Shown: positions 21,088 through 35,209, counted from the first letter of the stretch. The stretch is DNA of 64,000 nt from Zygnema circumcarinatum SAG 698-1b (GCA_037447605.1 CM074804.1:5805909-5869908), one strand, 5' to 3'. Notes: generated from the letters alone by a model not told the origin. Numbers and translations are program-made.

Positions 21088-24000
21088 ATGGGGAAGCGGA
21101 AGGGAGAAGTGAACGGCGAGGGAAGGAAAAGGAGCAAGGCGAGGGATGATGATCCTGCGGCTTCAGAGAATACAGACGACGAGGGACCCTTCGTCGCAGG
21201 AGAGGATGATGCAGAGGAAGGAAAGCCGGAGGATAGTGAGGAGGATTTGGAAAGGCAAGGAGTTGCAAAAAATGTGGTGGAGGGCGAGAATAGAAAGGAA
21301 GATGGAGTTGGAGAGGAGGATGAGGATGAGGATGAGGATGAGGATGAGGATGAGGATGAGGATGAGGATGAGGATGAGGATGAGGATGAGGATGACGTTG
21401 AAGATGAAGAAGATAATGAAATAGGTGAGGAGGATAGCAGTGATGATGAAGTCGATAGTGAGGACGAAGAAGACGAGGACGAGGAGGATGATGAGGATGA
21501 GGAAGATGGTGCGGTTGGGCAGGTGATAAATCATATCCCGTCGCAAAGAGTTGGGTGACGGAAGGGAAGCTGTAATGAAGCTTTGTATGACTTGCAGAAA
21601 CGTTTTGCTGAATCAGGGCCAGCCGTAAATAAAGTTCTTATTTTGTACATGTGGGGAAGATAAATTAGGTGTCTTGTTTAAACTAGCGTAGGCTGGAAGC
21701 TACTCTTGTTATAGTGAACAGAAGTGCATAAAGTGGCGTTCGCAAATCCTTAACAATTGATATTTTGCTTTGAAGAGTGAAATCACGGGCTCAGCAGAGA
21801 GTTTTTTTTTGCATCCAATGATGTTCCAATAGATGGGAGCTAGAGATGTTTTAGTATTTAAGTTGGTGAATTTACAAGCAACGTCTGAGGTCACCAGGTT
21901 CTTGTTTTGAACCTCCTGACTTCAGATCAAGCGCTTGTAGCAACCTGTGTACTTGAGATAATCAGACGAACTAACTTGAATAAACGGTAAAAAGTCGAAA
22001 TGCGTTATTCATGTACAGAGAGGAACCAGTCTCCTCAAAGTTTTTAGAGCAATACAATGTCAGCAATCGTTCTCAGAATCTTCTGTTCGAGGAGAGACTT
22101 GAAACAAATGGAAATAAAATAAAGGTCAGGCGTCAATTGTCATAATGTGACTACTCAGATTTCTTTATCAAATGAATGGCTATTAATATGTTTAAGGAGG
22201 TGGCCTGAGATTTTGATCATAAGAGATAAATTGACTATGGAAGACAAGGAATGAGAGAGCCCGTTTGTGAAGTCCCCTATGAAGTCAAGGTGAATCGATA
22301 GCGGGTGGGTATGAACTTTTTCCAACTTTTTCAATTTTGAAACGCGCATAAGGAAAAGTAATTCCCCGTTCTTGCTTCCATCCCGCTTACAATCAATGTC
22401 CAAATCGACATTTGTTGGACAGTAAACAGTGTTTTTGACTGACTGTTTTTGGCCCTCACTCTTGACAGGAAATCATCAATGTGGACTTTGAGTTCTTTGA
22501 TCCCAAACCTGTTGATTTCCACGGCCTTAAGTGTCTGCTACGGACGTACCTCGATGATACAGCCTGGAATTCGGGTGATTTAGTGAACGCAATCATTTCA
22601 CAAAAGACGGTTGGCACAGTGGTTAAGATAGAAGAAGACGAAACCCCAATTGGCCTCATCACTTGCCTGAATCTGCACAGATATAAGGTGGGATATGAAC
22701 AGTTCCCAGTTTTGCTCGTCCGTGGCTGAGACTACGCGCAGGTGCATGGCAAAGGCATAATTGGCATAGGTAGGCAGGGGTGCTAATGTGGAGACTTAAT
22801 GCAAGGCACAATCACAAAAAGATGAAGCAGGGTCACAAGGTTACAAGAAATAGCTTGCGATGGAGTTAAAGCTCTCAAGCGTGCTTTCTTCCAAAGGAAT
22901 TGCGTTTTTTTGGGGAAATTTGGACGCTGCAGGACAGAGCATTTATTGCAGACGTGAAGAAGTTTATACGCAGTAAAGCCCACGGACGACCGGAGGAAGA
23001 TAAATTGGAGAGTCTGCTTGCACCCGGGATGCACAGAGTGGGGCTCATTGTTAGCGAGCGTTTGGTAAACATTCCCTTTGAACTTTCAGGACCTCTCCAT
23101 CAAGCACTCTTTGATGAAATTCGGCGGGCTACTGAGGATGAGGTGAGCCTCGTGCAGGAAATGAGGGATGGCGATGCAAGACGAAGTCTTTTGGCAAATT
23201 TCGAATCTCTAAGTGCATAGCTGTCAGCATTAACCAAACAAAGCCTGACTTAAACACTTTATGTGAAACACTACGTTTGTAATCATCCACACAGATAGAT
23301 CGGAAACATGTAGACATCTGGGTGCAGGTTTCGGAAAGGAATTGGGGGGGAGGGGGAAGCATTCAAGTTGTGTTCGCTGATTGAAGGACTGCCTGCCTGT
23401 CTTACCACGATTTCCTTGTGTGGAATGAAAAGACACATTCAATCATTTTAGCTATAGTTTGACTCGCAGGTTAACTCAGAGCTCGCAGCTGGTTTACTAA
23501 TGAGATGTTATTTGTTGTCGGACACAAAGCAAGTGATTTCTTTTGGGGTGTGTCTGGGACTAAATGATTCCCGCAGCCAACCAATGCTCTGAAGAAATCG
23601 TTTGAGTTTGAGCAGTACCTGCTACTCACCAGAGTGTATCAGGATCATCGTGGCAGGTCTAAGAAGGTGAGCTTCTTCCACAGGAGTTGTATGCTAGCAG
23701 GAGTTCAGAGGTGCCTTTGTTGCTTGGTTGAGAAGGAGACGTTTTACCTTCCCTCCTTCATGGACCGTTCTTTGTCAATTTGTACTGAAGTGATTGTAAT
23801 GAATGTGCACTGCATCCATGATGTCGAGTATGGTCTGTTGTAGCTAGGGAGGAAAGGTTGTGTGGAGTTTGGATTGCCGATCTTTTCAACATTGCACGCT
23901 GGGCCTATCTCATATGTTTGGAAGACATTTTGATTTGATGGGAAGAGGGTTACAGGAGCGTAAATCTGGAGATAAAGAGGGTGGCGAGATTATCTACATA

Positions 24001-24964
24001 AAGCCAGAAGATGAAGTGTTCCATCAGGTGGTCCACTGACCTAATTGGCATCAATTTACTTCTGTATCTGCATGAATATCTTCCTGTACTTCCCTGTCAG
24101 GGTTAACAAGTGAAACGCAGTCAAAATCCGGCAATAGAATCTTCACAGTTTCCTTAAAATTTTGTTCAGAAACATAGGACTCCCTTGACCAGTATAGTGA
24201 TGCAATGGGTGACGTGGATTACTCGCATTTTGTTTTGGATCCATTTGTCTGGTCCTCGTGACATCAATTGGCTTTCAATTGAAAGAAGGCAGAACTGCTT
24301 CGCTCGCAGAACTGCTTCGTTCGCAGAACTGGACTTCAATGGGGAACCAAACAACGCTAAACGCATTTTTTTTTTTCCCTGTAGTTTTGCATTTTTTTCA
24401 AGCTGACATTGGTGGATGCTGGGTTTGGCGTCCTCAGCTTTCATCGTGGGCATTCCTGTTTCCAGTGACTTCAGAAGCGCAAGCCACCCATCAGGTAGCA
24501 AGGCAAAGGCATCCCCACCTATTAAAGTGTTGTCTCATTCTCAGTACAGCGTGTCATAGGCACCTTTTTGCATAGTAATTTCTATTTCGCCAATATAACT
24601 TTTCCTGAAGCCATTTGGGAGGGCTTAAAGGTCTGACCTTACCGGCTCCTTCTTGCGTTGGAGCTTAGTCGTGGTCGGCCGCTTGAATTGGCAACCTCTA
24701 CCACCTTAGGGTCCTGCCCCTGCTGCCTTCTGACACGCTCGTTTCTTTATCCTGTTCATGTGTTTGTTTGTGGTCATTCTCCGTTTAAAAAACAAAGGAA
24801 GAAGCCCCCTAGGACTGGCAGCGGGTCTGACAGACAGAATGGAGCACTGTGGGTGGGAGCAGGTGAAGGGGCTGCGGCAACGCCGCCTGATCATGTCTTT
24901 GGATGCCAAAAAAATACCCGCCTTTAGAAGCCGATTGAAGCGGCTCATAGAAGAGGGAGTTTAG
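21088..24964 (+). CDS. BCP1: BCP1/BCCIP-family protein (60S biogenesis, Rpl23 chaperone), acidic N-terminus (multi-exon)
   Basis: Acidic exon 1, then INVDFEFFDPKPVDFHGLKCLLRTYLD, VGLIVSERLVNIP, YIKPEDEVF, SSWAFLFPV, ending GLRQRRLIM..IEEGV*. Confidence 0.88.
21316..21393 (+). repeat. Coding hexanucleotide microsatellite (GAGGAT)13 encoding (ED)13
   Basis: Read directly in BCP1 exon 1. Confidence 0.9.
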
Positions 24965-25459
24965 TGCGTTCAGGTCAGTTTTGAAAGGCATTTCGTATTC
25001 TTTCTGAATGAGTGAATCGGTTTGGCGCCCACAAGCATGGCACGGAATATGTCTGTCGCCCAGCGGAGGGAGCGCTTTTAAAGGCAGACCCATGCAGTAT
25101 TCAGTTATATTCTTGAAAGGTGCACTCCTTATTTAGACTGAATGCACATGGGCTGAATTTGACGATTTGTGATCCTCGCTCCTCACTCCAGTGAACGACC
25201 TTTCTTTGTAAGAACCTACGTTCCCCTTGGAAATGAAGGGGAACAGAAAGAATTCTGCCTAAGCCACGATCTGAAGCCTGCTTCAAGCCAAGGCATGCCA
25301 CCAAAAATGAATACCCAACTGATCACCATTTGGGTGTGCAATTGCTACTTATCCATCGAGAAATGATTGGAAAGGAACGACACTACCAACACATTTGAAC
25401 GTACTCCGGGCTCTGAAGACTGATCCTCGATTCATAGCCGTGCACTTTGAGCTCCATAT

Positions 25460-28400
25460 TCACATAAGCTCAAAAACTTCCTTCATGTCCGCTATGTCCA
25501 GCTGCAGCCTCTCAAGTGCCAGTTCAATGTTTCGCAACTTGGCCTGTGCCACCTTCTTTCCCACGGCGTTTGCCCCTGTGAACTCCTGGAGCTGCAAATG
25601 GAAGGCCGGCTTCAGACGATATGAAAGTGCGGCGATCCATCCACGGTGCTTGTTGAACCTGGGCATGCACACATTCCTCATCCCCTTTCAGTTCGCAAGC
25701 CGGTGAATGCCTGTCAGGCTAATGGATTATCGATCAAATTTCTCAGTCAGCGGAGCACTCGCATGTAACTGTCTTACTTTATCACGTTGACCATACACTC
25801 CTAAAAAGCAAAGCCTACTTACTAGGATAGGTACTTTGTGACCAGTTCCTCGTGGTTCACCCATGATGATTTTGTCCATGTACATTTGATGGCATCGCCA
25901 TCGTGATATCAATGGCACACCTTTTCTATTTACTCAACTAGGACTGAAAATGTCGACCATAGCTGTCACGAAAATAACAAGAATCTGATGCAGACACACA
26001 GTCTTTCAAAGATGTTGCTTACGTGGGAAGCAAACTCAGCACCACCTGCTGTCCTGAAAAAGGCAACCAATGTACGAGGAAAACTGGCAAGGTTGGTTAA
26101 TAGCTTCTACTCACTTTTCCACAGCCGCATTCGCCAACACGGCCGGTCCAAAGTGCAGTTCCCAGCAGTGCTTGCTTCTCCTTTCCAACGATATCAGGGG
26201 ACCAATGCTGTAGCACAAGGCACGGATCTCATTCTCATTCGCCACACTCCGGTCTTCTCTATAAAGTCGCACCACAACCAGGTTATGGGATATGCCAGAC
26301 GCACGAAATATAGGAACAGGCTCAAATCCTCGTACATATAAAGAGCCGAGGCGAAGAGCGCGATCGCAGATTTCCTGAGACTGTTTAAGGTCAGGCAGAA
26401 TCGAATGGAAGTCAGTTGCAATATAAACGAACAAACAAACAGCTGAAGACAAAGAAGTTATACAGTCGCATGTCAGCATAAATAAATTCTAGAGTCGGTG
26501 GTTTTGATGATGAAAATAACATCATCACACTTACCTTCTGCCATAGCTAACATATGATATGCATTCGGAGAAGGAAAGCTTTAGAACAACCATAAATTTG
26601 ATGATTAGGTTACAAGCTCAACGGGCATTAAAACAAGGGTGTCACAATGGCTTCCATAAACTCGCTTAGTAAGCCTCCACATCTCAATCAAACTGTACTT
26701 TGGAAAAAGTAAAACGTGCATTTACCTCAAAGAATGCGGTAACCCGTGAAAAATCACGATCCTCGACCACTTGCCAAAGTAAAATCTGCCCACAACTTTG
26801 AAGCTTGTTCTTCACGTACGGCACAGCGACTATTGGCACGCCCTCCAAAACAACACCTGGACCGATGATCTCCGAGTCTTCGACCTTAGCAAATGCATCC
26901 AGGCCTACTTCCCTTCTCCAGCGCCTGCTTGCTGATGCGTCACTTTCCATGTGCCTTTGAGCCTTTGTGCCTTCTTGTTGGAGAGACTCTGGTTTAAACG
27001 GAGACTGATACTCCTGCCTGTTCCGGAAAGCAACTTCGGGTTTCAGCTTGGAAGGAACAACACCACCATAGAGGAACTTCTTCTTCTCCCTTTCAGGATC
27101 TGCTTTAAGCGCCCTTCCTTGTAGTCTGAGGCCACTGGAAACATGCTTCATGCAAGCAAGTGCACCTCCCACGTCCTGAAGAGAGTGACACAAACGTGTT
27201 GGTAAATTGCAGAGACAGCCAGGTTCCACTGCAAGAGTTCAAAAAAGCAGCATATTAGGCATGTGCAGCAGATCCGTGGCATTTCTTTTTCCTTTTTGTC
27301 AGTGCATGAATATTTTACAGGGTCCTCTCACTTTTCAGGGTCGTCAGCGGAGGGAACCATTCTGCTTTGTTCACCATCAGCTAACAAATGTAAAAGCTGG
27401 CTATCATACCTTGAAGTAAACTGTGCCACTGACACCTGGGCGCCCCGCCATAGGTCGGTGCGCAATAGCAGCAACAACCTCTCCACAATCTTGAAATGCA
27501 TGGAATAGCTCCTTATGTCCGTAGAAATTCGGGAGATTCGTGATATCAACGCCATAAGCATCAGAAACATCCGTCCTTGAACTTTCCTGACAAGTCTTAG
27601 GAGTCGCGTCGGGTAGACTGCTGCTTGACTGGCTCACTTCTGGCTTTCCCTGGTTCTTCCCTTTAATCAGTTTCGGTGCCGACCGTGCAGGCATGCTGTC
27701 TGCTGGAAAGTCCAAAGCCGCAATTTCAGGATCTCCTTCCAACTGCTGCACTCCTGTAGAGCTCATCGACACACTTGAGGAATTGGGTAGATTATTGTCA
27801 GGAAGTGCGGACAAGTTTCGCTCAACATCAGACGTTAGAATCTCACTCATGCTCACGACCCCCATAACTGGTTTTTCCTCTCCTTCATCTTCACAAGTAA
27901 CCATACCTATGCCCGGATAGGCAACATCTTCCGAGCTCACTTTCAACATATTTAGCGCGCTTGAATCGGCATTTACACTTGACAGATCGGACAGCCCAAT
28001 AGGAGAATGATCATTTTCCGGCAACACATCAAGTGCTGATACCTGCACTGTGCTTCGCATCTGTATTGGCTGTCCATCATCCAGCAAATTGGAATCACTG
28101 ACTGTACTAACGTCAATAGGTAGTACATCCACGTTTGACCCAGCGACATCCTGATCCCGTTCTCCTGCACTCTTGTTCTGACTGCTCAAAATGAGTTCAT
28201 TTTCATTCCCTGTTTTCACTTGGAATGCCTTTTTGAGTCCTCGATTGGTTTCCCCAATCATCTGACCATCAGTGTCCGGACTGTTTCTCGTAGTTCCTGC
28301 CTGAGATGATACTTTTGCCTCATTAGCAGCGGCTTCCTGAAGTAACTGTATCCCTTCCAGATTTATTGCTGCCAACATTGATCCTGGGGACTTCTGCGCC

Positions 28401-29465
28401 AATTCCTCTCTTTTCAGCGCTAACTCGGCGAGAAGATTCTTCCACGTGCCCCAGGAACCACCAACCTCCCTCCTCACTCGTCCCGGCGTTGGTAAATGTC
28501 CATCCTCTATAACGTGCCTGGAAAACAATCGAGATGAAGCATCATGAACACAGTACGCTCCTTCTCTCATCCATCCGTTCTGAACCGCTGCAAAGTCTCA
28601 GAAGCACCGTAGCTGAAAGATGTTCTCATAAAAGGACAAACGTATGAGGCCTTCGATTCATTCTGAGCTACAACCGCATGCAAACCTTGAAATAATTATT
28701 GGAAAGTTCAAAATCTTCATGGAATCTGAAGAAGACGAACACGATGTTGTTTGCGACAGGCAGAGGATTAGAACTCTCTCGTTCTGATCATGCCAGCACT
28801 TTTACATAGCAGCTCACCTTCGAATAAAGTCCAGTGCTTGATGATGACGCTCGTTTTGTACTCGAACATCAGACGAGCCATTATGCTGACCCTCCTCCAA
28901 TTCAGATGCGAAACCATCACGAATTGCTATGACTTTTTCACGATTGTCAGCACCTACAGTGGAAATTTGCGGCATGCCCCGTGTCGACTTTACTGCCGAA
29001 TTCGCCATTTCGGATGCCTCAGCAGAGCAAGCAGACGAAGTGCATGTTTTCAAGAATTCAAGGGCTTGCAGGATAAGGCGCGCTGCAAGATGAACAAGTA
29101 CAACAGAAATGTTTTCCAACCCAACACAAGCCATGAGATGAATTCATGCCAAGTCTACGAGAAGAATTAGACAGAGGACTCGAAGGTCGAAAAATACGGG
29201 TAATTAGCCCATGTACATGAGCAGTTTGCTTCCTTCCACACTTGTCCAGACGCACGACCATTCCAGCAACTCAGAAAATGAGCAGCTGATGGAGGAAGAA
29301 GCTACAGAGCCTTATTCTGCTGAAATGCAATTCAATGGTTGATTCACACTTACATCCTGTTGCAGCCTGGTCGTAAAACCCTGCCTTTAGCAGCGTCCGT
29401 GGGGGAAGAAAGAATCCCTTGGGATAGCCACGCACAATACAAAAGTTTCTTGTTACTCTAGCCAT
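25460..29465 (-). CDS. Putative organelle-targeted nucleic-acid-binding protein: AT3G52170-like HTH, disordered linker, RRM domain(s) (multi-exon; ends uncertain)
   Basis: FIRR|HVIEDGHLPTPGRVRREVGGSWGTW resembles the AT3G52170-like HTH. GVDITNLP..ELFHAFQDCGEV..GTVYFK is RRM-like, and later exons look like degenerate RRMs. The start (MARVTRNF at 29465) and last exon (25460-about 25690) are inferred. Confidence 0.6.
25834..25942 (+). mobile_element. CRE-like retroelement 3'-end remnant (copy E)
   Basis: CTTTGTGACCAGTTCCTCGTGGTTC...TTTGTCCATGTACATTTGATGGCATCGCCATCGTGATATCAATGGCAC...TCAACTAGG. Confidence 0.8.
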
Positions 29466-29889
29466 AGATTCCTATCTCAACTCTATTGTGCCAATCCTTC
29501 TCGCATCCCTATCCAACGCAAATTCTTGCAATTCAGAGTCTATACCCGCGTTCCTTCCTCCCGCTGTCTACGTACGCCAATGTCCTCATTTCCATACCCT
29601 CTCTCTCTCTCTCTCCCAACTTTGCCTCACAGGTCGCCACTGATGCTGTAACTAGACCGTCAGCCATGGCTGGGAGGCAGCCTCCCGGGGATTTATCCAC
29701 CCCCCTGCACTGCGCACCCTTGGCGCCTCAACGCCGCACGCTTCCAGAAGCATCATATTCGGACGGCCTGTGAAAATATGAGGGCTCGCCAGCCACGTGG
29801 GCCCATATTTCCACGGCCTCGTCCTTGCAGGGAACGGCAGGGAGGGATGAGAGGTGCGGGGGGGGGAGGCAGGGTGGGGAGCAGGGGCA

Positions 29890-32800
29890 ATGGAGAGCGG
29901 CCTGCGGGCATTAGTAGAAGCAATACATGCGTCGCCAACGCGCGCAGTGCTCATCATTAGCGGGGGAGCATCTCAGGTGTGTAGTGCCGTGCCTGCCGTG
30001 GAGAGGGGGAGTGAGGGAGGAGAAAAGGCGGCGGGGAGGCAGACGAGAGAGATGTGAGCAGAGCGAGAGAAGCGAATAAGCCAAGTAAGAAAGCTTCACT
30101 AAAGGAAATGCGCGATGGCAGAATTCGGGAAAATAGCAGCGGGGTAAGAGTAGAAGAAGGGTCGCTGTTGAGAGAGACGAGAGACCCTCAGGAGCGAGAG
30201 AGTCGAATGGAGTGAAGAGATATTCGGGAGAGAGTGAGACTGCAAAGCGAATCGTGATTGGTGGATAATGCTAGATTTTCTTTCCTTTGGTTGCTTGGGA
30301 GCAACTTAAATGATGCTTAAATGATTTTCCTGATATACTTGGCTCCTTTAAATTGCAATTTTCTTGCTTGTGTTAAGAAGAATGAGTGTTATCTGGCGTC
30401 TACCCTTATCCCATTTTAACTGCATAATCACAAGCTCAAACAACAAGCGGAGTGCGTTTGAGGCAATTTCATAAGGGTAAAATGCACGCCAAGTGTTTCT
30501 TGAAGCATTAGGTGCATATAAGTGGCTTTTTAATAAGCTGATTGTGCAATGCCTGTATGCATGTCAGCTGGACATTTCGATCTGCAACTTCAAGTATATC
30601 TGAGTAATGTTTGGCCCTGATGCACCATTCCTCATGTCAACTGGCAGAGCACACTTGACTGTTCGTTCATTCTTCTACTTTGATGCTATAGCCTCACACT
30701 ATTTCCAGCGGATGCCCGGGCAAACTAGTTTTTACAGAAGGGTTGAATAAGTGGCGACTGACGCTGCTCCACAAGTAAAAAATAGAAGCTGCGAGGGTTG
30801 GTCGCAGGCTGTGGGCTGGTTACTATCTGTGCCTGGTGCTTCCAACACCGTGCTGGAAGTTACTGTGCCGTACTCTCGAAGGTCCATGATCCAAATCCTA
30901 GGACAGGTACTTCCAAGGACCCGAACTTATGGCCTTCCATTTAAACACGAGCGACCTGCTAGCAGTATTGCACTTCAGCAAAAGCCTGTTTTTACTTCAA
31001 CCATTATCTCTACCCTTTCTTTCCCTTTCTACATTTTCATTATTGTTTCTATTGCAATAACTCTAGTTTGAGGCATTTTTGCATACGAACTGTCTTTTGG
31101 GCTGTACCTCTTTTCTGAGGAAAAAATGGTATGGAGGGTGCAACCTTAAAATAACGTGTTGTTATTGGTAGGAAAGCGGCTGTACTATGTTATCTGGTTT
31201 GTCTTTGTTTCCAGCGAGGACAGTAGGTTCTTGCTCCCAAAAAAATAAATGAGCTCTTTTGTCCATACGTGTTCCTATGGTTCGCATCGCGGGATTACTC
31301 CTTTGAACTCTCTCATTGATCTGCCACGGTTCGGCTCAGCACGCTTTACGATCGTAACTGTTTCGTTCTCACTGGAGTGTTGTGTGAGCTGGTGCAGAAT
31401 CCATCGCAATTCGTTAGCCGCAGCACTGCGCATGCCATCGCCCTGGCTGCATACAATAGGGCACTTCGTCTATCGCCTCCTGGTAAAGGGTAGCCTTTCC
31501 CGTGGCCTTTTTATTAACTAATGAGCTGACTACCGAACTCTTGGTCTCACCATGCCTTGGTGAGGTGCGTTAGGGGCAAGTTCACTCCGGTGCCACGAGT
31601 TGGAAGCCCATCGTAGATGTTAAATTTCGTAGGGAATTCTTTGTTCTTGATTTTCTGTTTGAAATGTTTTCCTTCAAAAGTGTTTGTAGCTTTAAATAAG
31701 ATGCGACTTGCTCTCTTTTTGTTTTCCCTTTCTTTTGCATCAAGGTTTCCTTCGTTAAAGGTTCGTCTTTGTTGAACGACCGACCATTTTCGCTTTAGCC
31801 ATTTTCTCGTGGTCTATGCGCTTGTTTCTTTGCCTGCTGCAGGTCTGCCGGTTATTGGAATCTCCTTCACGGGTGCTCTGGCTTCTGATTCACCCAAGAA
31901 AGGGGAACACAGGTCAGGCCCTCTTATGTTTGACAAAGTTTGCAATCTTTAGAAGGCAGCAGCTATTGTAACTTTAGAATTTTTTGTAATGTTAAAAATA
32001 TCTATAGTGGCCAGCAAATGCGCATGGAGTTAACCCCTTTTTATGACGAGCTAGTGGTTCAGATCTTAGTCAGGAACTAAGGTATAAGGCCAATTGCCAA
32101 TTGTCTACAACTGGCAGGAATTCTTCTCAGCTGAACGATGCGCTGATATTTCTGTTTGCTGATGTCAGCAAAGTTGAGGAAATCGACCGAGCCCTTTGTG
32201 CGATCCTTGCAGATGCTTTGTCACTACTCGCTCACAGGGCGCGCTCTGGGAGTATTCTCTGACACTGCAGAAGGTGCAGTTCAGCTAATTCGATAAGCTA
32301 TTAACTAAATGTTATGTATGACGTCTGGCACAGGCATTGAACGCAAATGGCAGTACTCAAGTTCGTCATGAGCTTGACACAGTTATCTTCACAATTTGAT
32401 TGTTAATTTAAATCTCTAGTTGACATCATCAACTAGAGCTTAGAAGTTTTAACTTCGCCGAATGCATGCAGGGCTTGAGAGATCGCTTCAGTGAAGATGC
32501 ATTGAGCAGCCAGCTGCTACTTCAGGTTATGCCACTCCACTCTCCTAGTAGAAAGGGATTCCCGGCTTCATTGCTCTCTTACCAAAAATCTCTCAAATTG
32601 GCTTGATGTCTACTTCCTGGAGTCTACTTTCGTTTGACCTCAGCCTGATGCGTGCTTGGTGATTATTGCACAAGAACTACGCAGACCTGAAGTGATGCTG
32701 GGACTGCAGATGAGAAGGGGGATAAATTAGTATATGGCAATAATCTCTGTCAACTACAAATAGTTGTGGCATTTGTGTTGATGTTCGTTGTTGTTGTGAA

Positions 32801-35209
32801 AAAGTTGAGTGTTTCTGCCTCTCTTGAATATTCCGTTGAGGCTTACGTCTACTTTTGTCTTTTGCCAGGTTGTTGCTGCCACACACAAGGAGCTAGGGAA
32901 GATGTTCATGTTTGGGGCTTTATGTGGGTTTCAGGCCTTGGCCGATGCATCAGGAGTACGTGAAGAAGTAAACATGGAGTTAACTGCAAGTGAGAGGTTG
33001 GAGAAGGGCACTTCTATAGCAAGCCCAGAGCAGCAGCTGGAACAACTCCTGAACGGTGAAGTCTCAATGGTCACGTTTCAAGGTGCTTCAGCTCCTCCTT
33101 TGCCGCGCAATGATCTGCTTATTCTTTTCCTTGTGACATGCAATTGGCTTCCGCTATCTCTCTGCCAGCTGACCTGCGGCTCTAGGGTCTCCTGGACGTA
33201 GTGCCTTCTGAAGCTTTAGAACGTCTTACTTAAGACCTCTTTGAATTTGTGGTCTCCTACACATCTGCATTGGTCAGTGCTTGGCATTGCTTACCAAGCT
33301 GCACAATCTCTAGCCAAGAAGATGATATTCCTATCGCATGTGTACCGGCTCCAGCAGTCAGACAGGAAACAGGGAGTTGTTCTCGTCAGCCGTGTGCAGG
33401 TCCTCAGATCGCTGCAAAGAGCAATTGCCGGCGAGTGGTCTTGCCCGGCTCATTCAACCCTCTGCATGACGGGCATTTGGCATTGATGTCAGCGGCCTGC
33501 AGGTACGAATTTGCTTGACTTGAAGTCTGGAAGCCATTCCTGCTGTGGTTTTAGAAAACTCAAACCAGATGCTTTCAAATTTAGCCGTTATGACAGACGA
33601 TTTGTCGTTACTAATATTTGTAAGGCAGTAGGGTCGTCTTTGGAACGCCTTTGTCTCGGTTCATGTGCTGCAGGAATGCTAGTCAATGCTAACCTGCTTC
33701 TGTTGATGTGGCTAAGGTTTTGATCTATGGGTATGTGTCTGGCGGATGCTCAGTGAAATCCGGAATGGCGTGGCGTGTTTTGAGATCTCAGCAGTAAATG
33801 TGGACAAGCCCTCACTAGCGGTGCCTGAGATCCTTAGGCGCGTGAGGCAGTTTCAAGATAGTGGTATGATCCGTGAGCTTGCGGGACTCTGTTGTCGTAC
33901 TTAAAGCCTTACACTCCAAATTGCTTGTTAGGGGGAATGAAACAGTACCGCCTGAAGATGCTCGTTTTGAATACTCCTTGGGAACTTTGGGCTGAAGGCT
34001 GGTCTGAAGGGCTGCAGGTCTGATGGTGGTAGTGACCAATCAGCCGTTGTTTTACCGCAAGGCCGAGCTGCTGCCTGACAGCTCCATCGTAATAGGCTAT
34101 GACACGGCGATTCGGCTTATCAACGTACGGTGATTGCTACCTTCTCCGTACCACTTCGTGTAGATTGTACTCTCTAGGGAAGATTAGGGTTGCAGGGTTC
34201 GCCACTCACCTACTTTGGGAAACAGTTCCGTTGTCGTCCGATTGGGCAATACTCATTGTGGCGGCTAGTAGCGATGATAGGGGGTCAGTGCATCAATTTC
34301 ATTGAGTAAACGTGCCTTTCTTTAGTCAGTTTTTCTTCCCTTAGCAGAATCTCAATGCGCAAAGATTGCACACTGCATCGTTCGACTTTCTTGCTATTCT
34401 CCGAGCTATTTACTACCTGCTGCAGTAAGCGCTAGCCTGCTGCAGACCGAGCAGCTGTTATCTCGAAACCGAAGGGACTTCGGGACCACGTTTGTTGTAG
34501 GGGTTTGATATGTATTTCGACATCTTTGTAAATGAAGCTGTACCTTTCTATTATGTTAAACTGCACAGGATCAGCAATTTGTCTGATGAACTGTTCTTGC
34601 TTTGCTGTGGGTGTGTAAATGCAGCCAAAGTATTATGGAGGAAGCAGGGAAAACATGATTCGAGAATTGAAGGGCATCAAGAACCATGGCTGCGACTTTC
34701 TTGTAGCTGGACGTGTTGTTGATGGCGTTTTCCATGTGAGTGGGCCTCCTGTGCAGACGCTCCTAAGTGCACTCCTGTCTTGATATGAAACGGTGACGAA
34801 TTCCTGAAGGTGCAGTAAGGGCAAAATTTTTAGGCATCGGAACGTTAAGAACCAGAAATTTCTTTGAGACAAACATGCGGTCGCGGAGGTTCTTGTGTTT
34901 CGTGTTCTCTACCATGCATGCGCTGACTATTGGATTGAGACCTCCGTTGTTTGCAACTATTTTCAAGGCGCTGGCCTGCATGCAGTAGAAGACTGTTTCA
35001 GGCGTCGCACGGTCTGTCCCACAAGAGATCTATGTCTACCGTATGCAAGCTCTGCCACAGCTCTTAGTCTCTTCAATGATGTGCAGGAAATGGCGGATGT
35101 GGAAATCCCGGAGGAGCTTATCGACATGTTTCAATGTATCCCTGGAAGCAAGTTCCGGATGGATATCTCCTCCACCGAACTTCGTGCGAAATTGGCGAAT
35201 CGGACGTGA
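29890..35209 (+). CDS. Nucleotidylyltransferase-superfamily protein with CinA-like N-terminal domain and NadD/NMNAT-like C-terminal domain (multi-exon)
   Basis: VEAIHASPTRAV..GGASQAVGWLLSVPGASNTVLE..PYS, PGSFNPLHDGH (HxGH), FEISAVNVDKP, FYRKAELLP..IGYDTAIRL, FLVAGR, DISSTELRAK*. Confidence 0.88.

Noticed and set aside
21146-21546. (MR)n and (IL)n ORFs
   Set aside because: Alternative frames of the (GAGGAT)13 repeat in BCP1 exon 1.
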